A DNA stretch of 64,000 nt, from the sequence record PV806337.1. One strand, 5' to 3'. Below are positions 28,210-35,386 of this stretch, piece after piece. The DNA comes from a phage. Below the pieces are notes generated by a model. That model saw nothing but the letters and a program-made list of their open reading frames with translations. It was not told where the DNA came from and searched no databases. A program made the position numbers and the translations under genes. Within the stretch, counting starts at the first letter, position 1. Every line of letters starts with the position of its first letter.

Positions 28210-28395
28210 ATGTCCAAGAATGTAATTGCGCAGCTAGAAGTTCATCGTGATAGCACTATCAACAATATTGAAGTTGAGAAGAAATACATAGAAGAACTTA
28301 AACATGATATACTGGTAAGTCTCAACCGTCTTAATGTACGAAAAGAGTTTCTTAAAGAACTTAATGCAGCTATTGAAAAACTCAAAGCTGAGTAA
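28210..28395 (+). CDS. hypothetical coiled-coil small protein
   Basis: ORF track 61 aa. Confidence 0.5.
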   Translation: MSKNVIAQLEVHRDSTINNIEVEKKYIEELKHDILVSLNRLNVRKEFLKELNAAIEKLKAE

Positions 28396-28404
28396 ATGAA
28401 TTAT

Positions 28405-28481
28405 GCGACCGGGGCTGGCTTGGTAATGGTACTCCCCTGTCACGGGAGAGAATGTGGGTTCAAATCCCATCGGTCGCGCCA
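28405..28481 (+). tRNA. tRNA-Asp (anticodon GTC)
   Basis: Acceptor GCGACCG/CGGTCGC, anticodon stem CTCCC/GGGAG, loop CTGTCAC, T-loop TTCAAAT, CCA. Confidence 0.8.
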
Positions 28482-28498
28482 AATAAGGTAGGTTAGCT

Positions 28499-28657
28499 AT
28501 GGAACGTAGGGAGTTTACTCCAGAAGAGATAGAGCAGATAAAAGAATCTGCTATGAAAAATGCTAGAATATCTCTGTCACTGGAAGGTATCATTATTAGT
28601 GATGTAAACTTTGAAAAAATCAAAGCCATAGCTGATGAACTGGAAAAAGTAATTTAA
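28499..28657 (+). CDS. hypothetical small protein
   Basis: 52-codon frame read by eye between tRNA-Asp and tRNA-Lys. Confidence 0.4.
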   Translation: MERREFTPEEIEQIKESAMKNARISLSLEGIIISDVNFEKIKAIADELEKVI

Positions 28658-28658
28658 T

Positions 28659-28734
28659 ACATCCATAGCTCAATGGTTAGAGCTACCGCCTCTTAAGCGG
28701 AGGGTTCTAGGTTCAAGTCCTAGTGGGTGTACCA
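28659..28734 (+). tRNA. tRNA-Lys (anticodon CTT)
   Basis: Acceptor ACATCCA/TGGGTGT, D-arm GCTC/GAGC, anticodon loop CTCTTAA, T-arm CTAGG-TTCAAGT-CCTAG, CCA. Confidence 0.6.
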
Positions 28735-28760
28735 AATTAAACTAGCACGAGAAATATGCT

Positions 28761-29108
28761 ATGATTAATGCTAAAGAAGAATTGTTACTTGCCCTAAAGA
28801 ATACTAATTCTGAAGTTAAGTGTATTAAGATAGAATTCGGTTATTATGGGGATAAAGAAGTTTGGGTATTACCCGTAGGTTATACAGAAAAAGATATTGA
28901 AGATTTTCTAGATAATCTAGACTTTAAATATGATTCTGGTTTCGGCGGACAATTGCTTTATGGTAACGTATGGTTTACCGATGGAACTTGGTTAGAACGT
29001 GGTGAATATGATGGTTCTGAATGGTGGGAATATAAGACTACACCAGCAATCCCAGAAGAATGCCGAACAATTAATGGTGAAGTAGATCGTACTTTACTAT
29101 TAAATTAA
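28761..29108 (+). CDS. hypothetical protein
   Basis: ORF track 115 aa. Confidence 0.55.
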   Translation: MINAKEELLLALKNTNSEVKCIKIEFGYYGDKEVWVLPVGYTEKDIEDFLDNLDFKYDSGFGGQLLYGNVWFTDGTWLERGEYDGSEWWEYKTTPAIPEECRTINGEVDRTLLLN

Positions 29109-29230
29109 CAAAATTTCAGTGCAGAACACGGAGCTAGCAATTCGGAAGTGCTGACTCATGATAAGCTGCCTATGTACTTGCGAAGCGGTCGTGTCCAAGA
29201 CTCGGACTCTTGCACTGAAAACAATCAAAC

Positions 29231-29352
29231 ATTCTAGCGTGGTTGATGGGGAAACCAGCTTGGCGAGGGCAGAAGCTCGTTCGATTCGAGTGAAAGAATG
29301 GTTCTCGTAAGTCCGCACAAGTGATAACAGGTTCGAGTCCTGTCTAGAATGA
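29231..29352 (+). ncRNA. 122-nt tRNA-like structured RNA (acceptor-like helix, D-arm, two T-arm hairpins)
   Basis: ATTCTAG (29231-29237) pairs perfectly with CTAGAAT (29346-29352); D-arm TGGT/ACCA; T-arm hairpins GCTCG-TTCGATT-CGAGT and ACAGG-TTCGAGT-CCTGT; no CCA; no ORF. Confidence 0.3.
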
Positions 29353-29500
29353 CACTATAAAGTTTACTTATTATGTAGGTTCCGATAGACCGGCGGGTCT
29401 ATTCTGGCATTTAAGAGAGGTCTCGCAAACTTCTTTGTCAGCCGTGGGGTTGGTAGCCTCCAGGTGGCCTACACAATAAGTAAATTTATTAAAAATTCAT

Positions 29501-29529
29501 TTGCTATTCTGCTTTATTATCTGTATAAT
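29501..29529 (+). promoter_or_regulatory. T5-type promoter
   Basis: TTGCTA 29501-29506, 17 bp, TATAAT 29524-29529. Confidence 0.7.
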
Positions 29530-29561
29530 ATATTTTATAAAGTGAAGAGAAGGAAAGCAAA

Positions 29562-29720
29562 ATGAAACACAAGATAGCTCAAGTTTTTATGGCATTATGG
29601 TGTATACCAATAGCTATAACAGCATTTAATCTAGATACTTTTACTATAGAAGAAAAATGTATCGGATTAGTTAGCGGTTTTATTATGCTGGGCTTATCTT
29701 TGCTGTGGTTAAAGAACTAA
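29562..29720 (+). CDS. small membrane protein
   Basis: 52-codon frame after promoter 29501-29529 and GAGAAGGAAAG RBS; hydrophobic. Confidence 0.45.
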   Translation: MKHKIAQVFMALWCIPIAITAFNLDTFTIEEKCIGLVSGFIMLGLSLLWLKN

Positions 29721-29724
29721 TATT

Positions 29725-29802
29725 CTCCGTGTAGCTCAGTTTGGCCAGAGCGTTTCGTTTGGGGCGATAGGGTCGGGGGTTCAAATCCTCCCACGGAGAC
29801 CA
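29725..29802 (+). tRNA. tRNA-Pro (anticodon TGG)
   Basis: Acceptor CTCCGTG/CACGGAG, D-arm GCTC/GAGC, anticodon loop TTTGGGG, T-loop TTCAAAT, CCA. Confidence 0.7.
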
Positions 29803-29808
29803 AACAAT

Positions 29809-29886
29809 TGCGGGTTAGATCTCTGGTAGAGATCGCTAGTCTCATAAGCTAGAAAGAGGTAGGTTCGATTCCTGCACCCGCTTCCA
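29809..29886 (+). tRNA. tRNA with CAT anticodon (Met/fMet/Ile2 type)
   Basis: D-arm GATC/GATC, anticodon stem CTAGT/GCTAG, loop CTCATAA, T-loop TTCGATT, CCA. Confidence 0.7.
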
Positions 29887-29906
29887 CTTTAATAGAGGAT
29901 TTCGAA

Positions 29907-30074
29907 ATGAAAGTATTTCGATTAGTAGTAAGTGACAAACGTTTAGGTAAGAATACCTCAAAATCCTTACTTGCTCATTATGGAAAAGATGAGAAAGAAG
30001 TAATGGCGGAGTTTGGGATTAATCACCCTTACTTGAAAGTTCACTCTATTAAAGAAGTATATAATGGTTACTAA
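29907..30074 (+). CDS. hypothetical small protein
   Basis: 55-codon frame read by eye between tRNA-CAT and tRNA-Lys. Confidence 0.4.
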   Translation: MKVFRLVVSDKRLGKNTSKSLLAHYGKDEKEVMAEFGINHPYLKVHSIKEVYNGY

Positions 30075-30075
30075 T

Positions 30076-30154
30076 AGATCGCTAGCTCAATAGGTTTAGT
30101 AGCATCCGACTTTTAATCGGAAGGTTCTGGGTTCGAGTCCCAGGCGATCTACCA
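30076..30154 (+). tRNA. tRNA-Lys (anticodon TTT)
   Basis: Acceptor AGATCGC/GCGATCT perfect, anticodon stem TCCGA/TCGGA, loop CTTTTAA, T-loop TTCGAGT, CCA. Confidence 0.8.
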
Positions 30155-30172
30155 ATTTCAAGAAAAACGCAG

Positions 30173-30201
30173 TTGCTTGATGCTTAATTTCTTGTTATAA
30201 T
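30173..30201 (+). promoter_or_regulatory. T5-type promoter driving ORF-free segment and tRNA-Ala
   Basis: TTGCTT 30173-30178, 17 bp, TATAAT 30196-30201. Confidence 0.7.
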
Positions 30202-30438
30202 ATTTATATAAATTGATGAGGAGAAATCCTCATCATAGTTCACTAAGGTATTAGCTCGACCTAGGACTGGCTACCAAAAAGCACGATCCCTACGATTTGG
30301 AGAAGTTCTAGATTAGTCCACTAGATTCAGCGGCAACTGAATAGTGTATTGGGTTTGCGAGATGACGCAGTTCCTTCCGCTCGAAGCGAAGGTGCTGTAG
30401 TTACGCCGAGCTAATAGCCTTAGTAAACTAAAGAATTT

Positions 30439-30517
30439 GGGGGATGGGTCTGCTAGGGGTGGACACCTCACTTGCACCGAGGACATCAGAACGATTCGAA
30501 TTCGTTATCCTCCACCA
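30439..30517 (+). tRNA. tRNA-Ala (anticodon TGC)
   Basis: Acceptor GGGGGAT/ATCCTCC, D-stem GTCT/GGAC, anticodon loop CTTGCAC, T-arm AACGA-TTCGAAT-TCGTT, CCA. Confidence 0.6.
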
Positions 30518-30522
30518 AATAC

Positions 30523-30599
30523 GCGTGATTGATGGAATTGGCATACATACCGTCCTTAGAAGTCGGGTTTTGAGGGTTCGAATCCCTTGTCACGCACCA
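30523..30599 (+). tRNA. tRNA with TAG anticodon (Leu by anticodon) but short variable arm
   Basis: Acceptor GCGTGAT/GTCACGC, anticodon loop CTTAGAA, T-arm GAGGG-TTCGAAT-CCCTT, A73, CCA; 5-nt variable region. Confidence 0.5.
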
Positions 30600-30724
30600 A
30601 ATTTGATGGTCAGAGTAAATTAAACCTACTATCTCGGTTGAGCTGTTTTAATGGGTTCGAATCCCAGCGAGGCGTAACTGCCTGGTGTGATAGAGGCATC
30701 ATTCCACTAACATTGGAAAAACTA

Positions 30725-30955
30725 ATGAAACGAAAATTAAAAAAGTCTTATATAATTAAGATAAATAAGCTACGAAGTAGGGCAAAAGGATGGCCACTTC
30801 GAATATTAATTGCGGATAACCATACTAGATACCATGCGGAACAACGTCATTACAAACAGTGGGAGTCATACTGCCGCTCAAAAGCAGGTCGTTTAGATGG
30901 ATCTTATGAGTTTCTATTTGGTAAGAAGCCTACTAGAGTAGCTTTAGGTAATTAA
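30725..30955 (+). CDS. small basic protein
   Basis: In-frame ATG inside track ORF 30587-30955; upstream part carries a tRNA T-arm-like motif. Confidence 0.4.
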   Translation: MKRKLKKSYIIKINKLRSRAKGWPLRILIADNHTRYHAEQRHYKQWESYCRSKAGRLDGSYEFLFGKKPTRVALGN

Positions 30956-30959
30956 TACT

Positions 30960-31050
30960 TGGAAGAGCAAATCGAATTGGCGACGAAAACCGCTTGGAAA
31001 GTGGCTGACTGGTAAAACGGCTTGAGAGTTCAAATCTCTCCTCTTCCGCC
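30960..31050 (+). tRNA. tRNA-Ser (anticodon GGA)
   Basis: Anticodon loop TTGGAAA, long variable arm, T-arm GAGAG-TTCAAAT-CTCTC, acceptor 3' CTCTTCC, CCA. Confidence 0.6.
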
Positions 31051-31062
31051 AAACAATTTATA

Positions 31063-31157
31063 TGGTAGGTCAATCCAATGGCTGGCGTGGGACTCCGACT
31101 TGAAATCGGTTGATCGTAGTGATACGGTGTAAGGGTTCGATCCCCTTACCTACCTCC
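31063..31157 (+). tRNA. tRNA-Ser (anticodon TGA)
   Basis: Acceptor GGTAGGT/ACCTACC perfect, anticodon stem CCGA/TCGG, loop CTTGAAA, long variable arm, T-loop TTCGATC, CCA. Confidence 0.7.
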
Positions 31158-31523
31158 AAATCTTGAAGTATGCCGGAATCGGTAGACGGGGCTGCCTAAA
31201 AGGTTTATAGGGAACATCCACTCCCTGCAACATACCTCATAAAGCGGCTGAGATAAATGGTCTATCTCGTGAAGGTTCAAGTCCTTCTGCTTCTTGATAT
31301 ATCTATGGCTCAAAGTGTAACGGTGCTATTTGATGCTCTTAGTAAGACTTTCCCGACATGCGTTCGGGAGTAAGCTGCTAAGGCTAGAGTAGAAGAGTTT
31401 CGGAGAGCCGCCACAATTGAAAATTCGTACTCGTCTTGAGCTGCGCGCAATAGGAGATAACTTGATTAGTATTCTAGAACATGCTAATTGAGGATGGTTT
31501 CGCTAACCCTGCGAGTTTTCAAT

Positions 31524-31600
31524 TGTGGCTATATCATAATTGGTTAATGATCCTGATTGTGAATCAGGCCTATGTGGATTCGAATTCCACTAGCCACCCC
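31524..31600 (+). tRNA. tRNA-His (anticodon GTG)
   Basis: Acceptor GTGGCTA/TAGCCAC, D-arm TCAT/ATGA, anticodon stem CCTGA/TCAGG, loop TTGTGAA, T-loop TTCGAAT, CCA. Confidence 0.8.
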
Positions 31601-31626
31601 AAATTAACTTAAACAGGAAATAAAAT

Positions 31627-31821
31627 ATGGCTGATTTCTGCAAACAATGCTCCATTGATATGTGGGGCAGAGATACTGGTGATCTTTCTGGTTTGATTAC
31701 AGAAGCTGAAGTTAAAGAAGGCTACGGTGCAGTTGTAGTTTGCGAAGGCTGTGGAGTTATTCGAGTAGATCATGAAGGCAAACGTTTAGAAGAACCTGGG
31801 CCAACTACTCTAATTCCATAG
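31627..31821 (+). CDS. putative zinc-ribbon small protein
   Basis: ORF track 64 aa; CKQC ... CEGC pairs. Confidence 0.55.
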   Translation: MADFCKQCSIDMWGRDTGDLSGLITEAEVKEGYGAVVVCEGCGVIRVDHEGKRLEEPGPTTLIP

Positions 31822-31833
31822 AGTAATAATTAT

Positions 31834-31909
31834 TGGGATGTAGATCAATTGGCAGATCGTCGGCCTCTGACTCCGAAGGTTCCACGTTCGATCCGTGGCA
31901 TCCCAGCCA
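31834..31909 (+). tRNA. tRNA-Gln (anticodon CTG)
   Basis: 76 nt; U1-A72, G73, anticodon positions 34-36 CTG, T-loop TTCGATC, CCA. Confidence 0.8.
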
Positions 31910-31915
31910 AACAAT

Positions 31916-31991
31916 TGGAGAGTAGTGTAACGGTTAGCACAACGGCCTTTGACTCCGTTAATGGTAGGTTCGATTCCTCCTTCTCCAGCCA
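31916..31991 (+). tRNA. tRNA-Gln (anticodon TTG)
   Basis: 76 nt; U1-A72, G73, D-stem GTGT/GCAC, anticodon loop CTTTGAC, T-loop TTCGATT, CCA. Confidence 0.8.
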
Positions 31992-31999
31992 AATAATAA

Positions 32000-32075
32000 G
32001 CGGTTAAGCACACGGGTTGTGTCGCAGGCCTTCCAAGCCTCGCTGAGTAGGGTTCGATTCCCTCTAGCCGCTCCA
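32000..32075 (+). tRNA. tRNA-Gly (anticodon TCC)
   Basis: Acceptor GCGGTTA/TAGCCGC, anticodon loop CTTCCAA, T-loop TTCGATT, U73, CCA. Confidence 0.8.
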
Positions 32076-32091
32076 ACTTTAAGGAAATGTT

Positions 32092-32313
32092 ATGCACGTT
32101 TTTGAGTTTCGTAATAAAAATACTGATAAGCGAGTTATCATTATTGGAGAAACATACCGAGCATATGAACAAACTGACGGCTCTGTTATCTTGAATGATG
32201 AGAAAGGAGGTTTTAGCTTTTATCCAGAAGAACCTTATGAAGAGTTTCGTACTAAGTTTCTTTTACCAGACTGGCTAGCAGTAGCTGAGCAACGAGAATC
32301 CGAAGATGGCTGA
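32092..32313 (+). CDS. hypothetical protein
   Basis: ORF track 73 aa. Confidence 0.5.
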   Translation: MHVFEFRNKNTDKRVIIIGETYRAYEQTDGSVILNDEKGGFSFYPEEPYEEFRTKFLLPDWLAVAEQRESEDG

Positions 32314-32470
32314 TAACCTAAAATTAAGGGTCGACAAACAAAAGAAATACATTGAGGTTGAATTAGGCGAAGAACGCTTAAAGCTAACTTTCGAGTTTCT
32401 TCAGCAGTTGGCAATGACAGTTATGACTGATAAGTCTCCTGTTATTGAAAAAGAAATCCCGTTGAAATAA
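32306..32470 (+). CDS. hypothetical small protein
   Basis: 54-codon frame overlapping previous stop. Confidence 0.4.
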   Translation: MADNLKLRVDKQKKYIEVELGEERLKLTFEFLQQLAMTVMTDKSPVIEKEIPLK

Positions 32471-32478
32471 CGGGTTCT

Positions 32479-32553
32479 GCTCCTAAAGCATTGCTGGCGA
32501 TGCAGTTGCCTTGTAAGCATCTGAACCGGGTTCGATTCCTGGTGGGAGCACCA
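32479..32553 (+). tRNA. tRNA-Thr (anticodon TGT)
   Basis: Acceptor GCTCCTA/TGGGAGC, D-arm GCAT/ATGC, anticodon loop CTTGTAA, T-loop TTCGATT, CCA. Confidence 0.75.
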
Positions 32554-32568
32554 AATTTAAAAATTCAT

Positions 32569-32597
32569 TTGCCTTCTCTCTTATTTCTTGTTATAAT
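32569..32597 (+). promoter_or_regulatory. T5-type promoter
   Basis: TTGCCT 32569-32574, 17 bp, TATAAT 32592-32597. Confidence 0.65.
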
Positions 32598-32627
32598 ATT
32601 TATATAAATTAATGAGAGGGAAACCAA

Positions 32628-32921
32628 ATGAAACGTTATCTTTCTGTAGTATTTCAAACTGGTGGTCAAAGATATACCTATGAATTTCCTAACTCTTGGA
32701 AAATCAAAGAAGGTGATCAAGTTGTTGTGTTAACACCACGTGAAGGATATAAAGTAGTAACTGTTAAACAAGTATTCCCAAAAGATCATGAACCAGCTAA
32801 AGGCATTTGCTATAAGATGATTCATGGTGTAGTTCGTCAAGTACCACGAGCGGAAGTCGAAATCAAAATAGATAAAGATGGTAAACTTAAATACACCTCC
32901 TGCTTAGACGAGTTGCTATAA
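32628..32921 (+). CDS. hypothetical protein
   Basis: ORF track 97 aa after promoter 32569-32597. Confidence 0.55.
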   Translation: MKRYLSVVFQTGGQRYTYEFPNSWKIKEGDQVVVLTPREGYKVVTVKQVFPKDHEPAKGICYKMIHGVVRQVPRAEVEIKIDKDGKLKYTSCLDELL

Positions 32922-33127
32922 TGAGGATTACTTTTACAGAAAAGATCATGAGTAATGGTGTTATGATCATTACCGCATGGGATGGTAATCAGTGGTGTAG
33001 TGTTTCAGGTATTAAACCTGAAGAACAAACACTAGAAAATATCTCAAAGATTAAGCGAAGAATGGCAGAACGTGCACGACTTCCAGGTGCACCCAGAAAT
33101 GGCAAACGTTCTGCAACTAAATGTTAA
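32921..33127 (+). CDS. hypothetical protein
   Basis: ORF track 68 aa, ATGA overlap with previous gene. Confidence 0.5.
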   Translation: MRITFTEKIMSNGVMIITAWDGNQWCSVSGIKPEEQTLENISKIKRRMAERARLPGAPRNGKRSATKC

Positions 33128-33128
33128 T

Positions 33129-33205
33129 GCTTCGGTAGCTTAGCGATCTAAAGCACTCGGCTGATAACCGAGAGATCGGGGGTTTAAATCCCTCCCGGAG
33201 TACCA
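33129..33205 (+). tRNA. tRNA-Ile (anticodon GAT)
   Basis: Anticodon stem CTCGG/CCGAG perfect, loop CTGATAA, atypical T-loop TTTAAAT, CCA. Confidence 0.7.
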
Positions 33206-33301
33206 AATTTAGGAATTAAGACTATGCGTCCAGGAAAGTTTAAAAAAGCTAATTGGTCTAAAGAGTATAAAGAATACTTACTTAGTCTAATAAAACATAA
33301 T

Positions 33302-33377
33302 AGTTAGTTGGCAGAGTGGTTATGCACCTCCTTCATACGGAGCGATTACAGTGGTTCAAATCCACTACTAACTACCA
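33302..33377 (+). tRNA. tRNA with CAT anticodon (Met/fMet/Ile2 type)
   Basis: Acceptor AGTTAGT/ACTAACT perfect, anticodon loop TTCATAC, T-arm AGTGG-TTCAAAT-CCACT, CCA. Confidence 0.7.
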
Positions 33378-33414
33378 TTAAAAGAGCTAGAGATAGCTAA
33401 ATATAGGAGCAGTT

Positions 33415-33609
33415 ATGTTAACAGTTAAAGTAATGGCCACTAATGGTGGTGAAGAAATTCATGACGGTACTAGTGTAGGATTTAATCCCAAAAATAAAAG
33501 TATTCATATTTCAGGATTAGATCAACCAATTTTCTTAAAAGAGAATGAAGTTGCCTATGTTATGAACCAAAATGGTAAAACTGTTTCCGTATACTATGGA
33601 AAAGTATAA
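33415..33609 (+). CDS. hypothetical protein
   Basis: ORF track 64 aa; hairpin plus T-run at 33620-33642. Confidence 0.5.
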   Translation: MLTVKVMATNGGEEIHDGTSVGFNPKNKSIHISGLDQPIFLKENEVAYVMNQNGKTVSVYYGKV

Positions 33610-33794
33610 AGAATAAAATATCAGGCCTTTGTGCCTGATTTCTATGTTTATTAAGCTGAATGGGACTATCAATCCACAAGCCGGACTACGAGCGATTATC
33701 GGGTATTCACTTAATAAACAGCCTGCCTTCCAGTTTTTATCTTGCTTCTGGGTTAACAAAAAGCTGAGCCAAATTCTAACATCGGGGAGATCTA

Positions 33795-34163
33795 ATGAAA
33801 GCATATCAAAATCTTAAATCTGGCGTAATTAACCTTGTTCATGAAAATCAGATTATTCAGCTGTACTCCGACAATGGTGAACTTAAACAGAAAGTTCTAG
33901 TTGAAGATCTAGAAGGTATCACACCACAATTCGATTCCGAAGCCTTCCGTGAAGTCAAAGTGGAAGTCGCTCCTCAAATCGAAGGTGGTCAGCACCTAAA
34001 TGTCAATGTGTTAAGCCGTGATCAGCTTTTGGATGCGCAGAAACATCCTGAAAAATATCCTCAGTTGACCATCCGTGTCTCTGGCTACGCTGTTCGATTT
34101 AATGCACTGACTCGCGAACAACAGAACGACGTTATTAGTCGTACGTTTACTCAGGCGATGTAA
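33795..34163 (+). CDS. grcA: autonomous glycyl-radical cofactor protein (GrcA/YfiD-like)
   Basis: ORF track 122 aa; C-terminal [27 protein letters not shown] matches glycyl-radical domain. Confidence 0.7.
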   Translation: MKAYQNLKSGVINLVHENQIIQLYSDNGELKQKVLVEDLEGITPQFDSEAFREVKVEVAPQIEGGQHLNVNVLSRDQLLDAQKHPEKYPQLTIRVSGYAVRFNALTREQQNDVISRTFTQAM

Positions 34164-34244
34164 TGGGGTTTGGATACGATTTCTCCCAGCTACGCAAGGT
34201 AGTCGAGCAAACTCCATTTATCTCCCAAGTTTTAGGAGAAATGT

Positions 34245-34559
34245 GTGGATCGAGCATTAAGACGCCATCACCGGCAACGTATGAAGAACAACCGCAAGAA
34301 GTACTGGACAGTCTTTCCACATGAAGAAAGCCCTAAGCGGTTAGGTATCATCACTACTACTCCTTGCATCTGTTCTTGTTGGATGTGTGGGAACCCTCGC
34401 AAATATTATAAGAATAGTAAAGCAGGACTGAAAATTTCGGAGATTAGGAAAATGGAAGCAATGATTATGGGCATTTCAAATGATGAATTTGATGGCTTTG
34501 TAGGATTCGGAGAAGGAATCAGCTCAGGCTGTTTCGAAGATGAATGCCACGATCTGTAA
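34245..34559 (+). CDS. Cys-rich hypothetical protein
   Basis: ORF track 104 aa; terminator hairpin at 34569-34599. Confidence 0.5.
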   Translation: MDRALRRHHRQRMKNNRKKYWTVFPHEESPKRLGIITTTPCICSCWMCGNPRKYYKNSKAGLKISEIRKMEAMIMGISNDEFDGFVGFGEGISSGCFEDECHDL

Positions 34560-34568
34560 TTAATAACA

Positions 34569-34605
34569 AACCCCAGCTATTGAACAAGTAGTCTGGGGTT
34601 TTTCT
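34569..34605 (+). terminator. rho-independent terminator
   Basis: Hairpin CCCCAGCT...AGTCTGGGG then TTTTTCTG. Confidence 0.65.
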
Positions 34606-34680
34606 GTATACAGGTAAATAGTTTATGTATAATAAAATTCATCCACATTAGGTTAATTTAAAAGACTTAATGGAGGTAAT

Positions 34681-35028
34681 ATGAGCCGTACTTATCGTAA
34701 ACAATCTGGTGATCAGTGGTGGAAGTCTAAAGAACAATTCTCTCAAGAATATTCTTTCATCAAAGAAAATGGCTACTGGATTCGTGTTATTTATGCCAAA
34801 TCTTGGGACTACATCAAAAAAGAAATGAAGGAAGCAACCATTCGTAATGAGAAAAAGGATGGTTATAACTGGAATTCCATTAGTAAGAATGTTAAGTGGC
34901 ACTCTAATAAAATGGTTCGTCAAGGGAATCGTCAAGAACTCCACCGCGTGATGAAAGATACAGAAAATTATGATTATAATCGCGATCATGACATGCGTAA
35001 GCGTGGATTATGGTGGTGCTATGACTAA
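34681..35028 (+). CDS. hypothetical basic protein
   Basis: ORF track 115 aa with GGAGG RBS; opposing ORF 34648-34989 judged spurious. Confidence 0.5.
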   Translation: MSRTYRKQSGDQWWKSKEQFSQEYSFIKENGYWIRVIYAKSWDYIKKEMKEATIRNEKKDGYNWNSISKNVKWHSNKMVRQGNRQELHRVMKDTENYDYNRDHDMRKRGLWWCYD

Positions 35029-35044
35029 ATTCTGAAATAATTCA

Positions 35045-35073
35045 TTTGCTAAACCTCTCTTTTCTTGCTATAA
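35045..35073 (+). promoter_or_regulatory. T5-type promoter
   Basis: TTGCTA 35045-35050, 17 bp, TATAAT 35068-35073. Confidence 0.7.
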
Positions 35074-35104
35074 TATATTTATAAATTGATGGGAGAGGTT
35101 TGAA

Positions 35105-35386
35105 ATGAAAACTCGTCTAGACTGTGCCCTTCATGTTCTTGAGCATGATGTTGTGGGAACCTGTATGTCTTACCACGAAGCAGGTCGTTTAATTAAAGAA
35201 CGTGTGGCAGATGTGTGCGGATTGAAGATTACTGCTGAGGAATCTGAGGATCTTTTAGGTCAAGCACTGGAGAAAACCGAAATGTTTCTCTGCGATTCTT
35301 GTTCTTGGTGGTGTGAAGCTCACGAACGTTCTTTCAACGATTATGATGTATGTCGTGATTGTAGTGGGGAGGATGAAAATGAATAA
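35105..35386 (+). CDS. Cys-rich hypothetical protein
   Basis: ORF track 93 aa after promoter 35045-35073. Confidence 0.55.
   Translation: MKTRLDCALHVLEHDVVGTCMSYHEAGRLIKERVADVCGLKITAEESEDLLGQALEKTEMFLCDSCSWWCEAHERSFNDYDVCRDCSGEDENE

Noticed and set aside
25785-30599. Suppressor tRNAs reading stop codons (anticodons TAA and TAG)
   Set aside because: Anticodon 5'-UAA-3' pairs with codon UUA and 5'-UAG-3' with CUA, both Leu. Stop-codon readers would need UUA or CUA anticodons, so these are sense-codon tRNAs.
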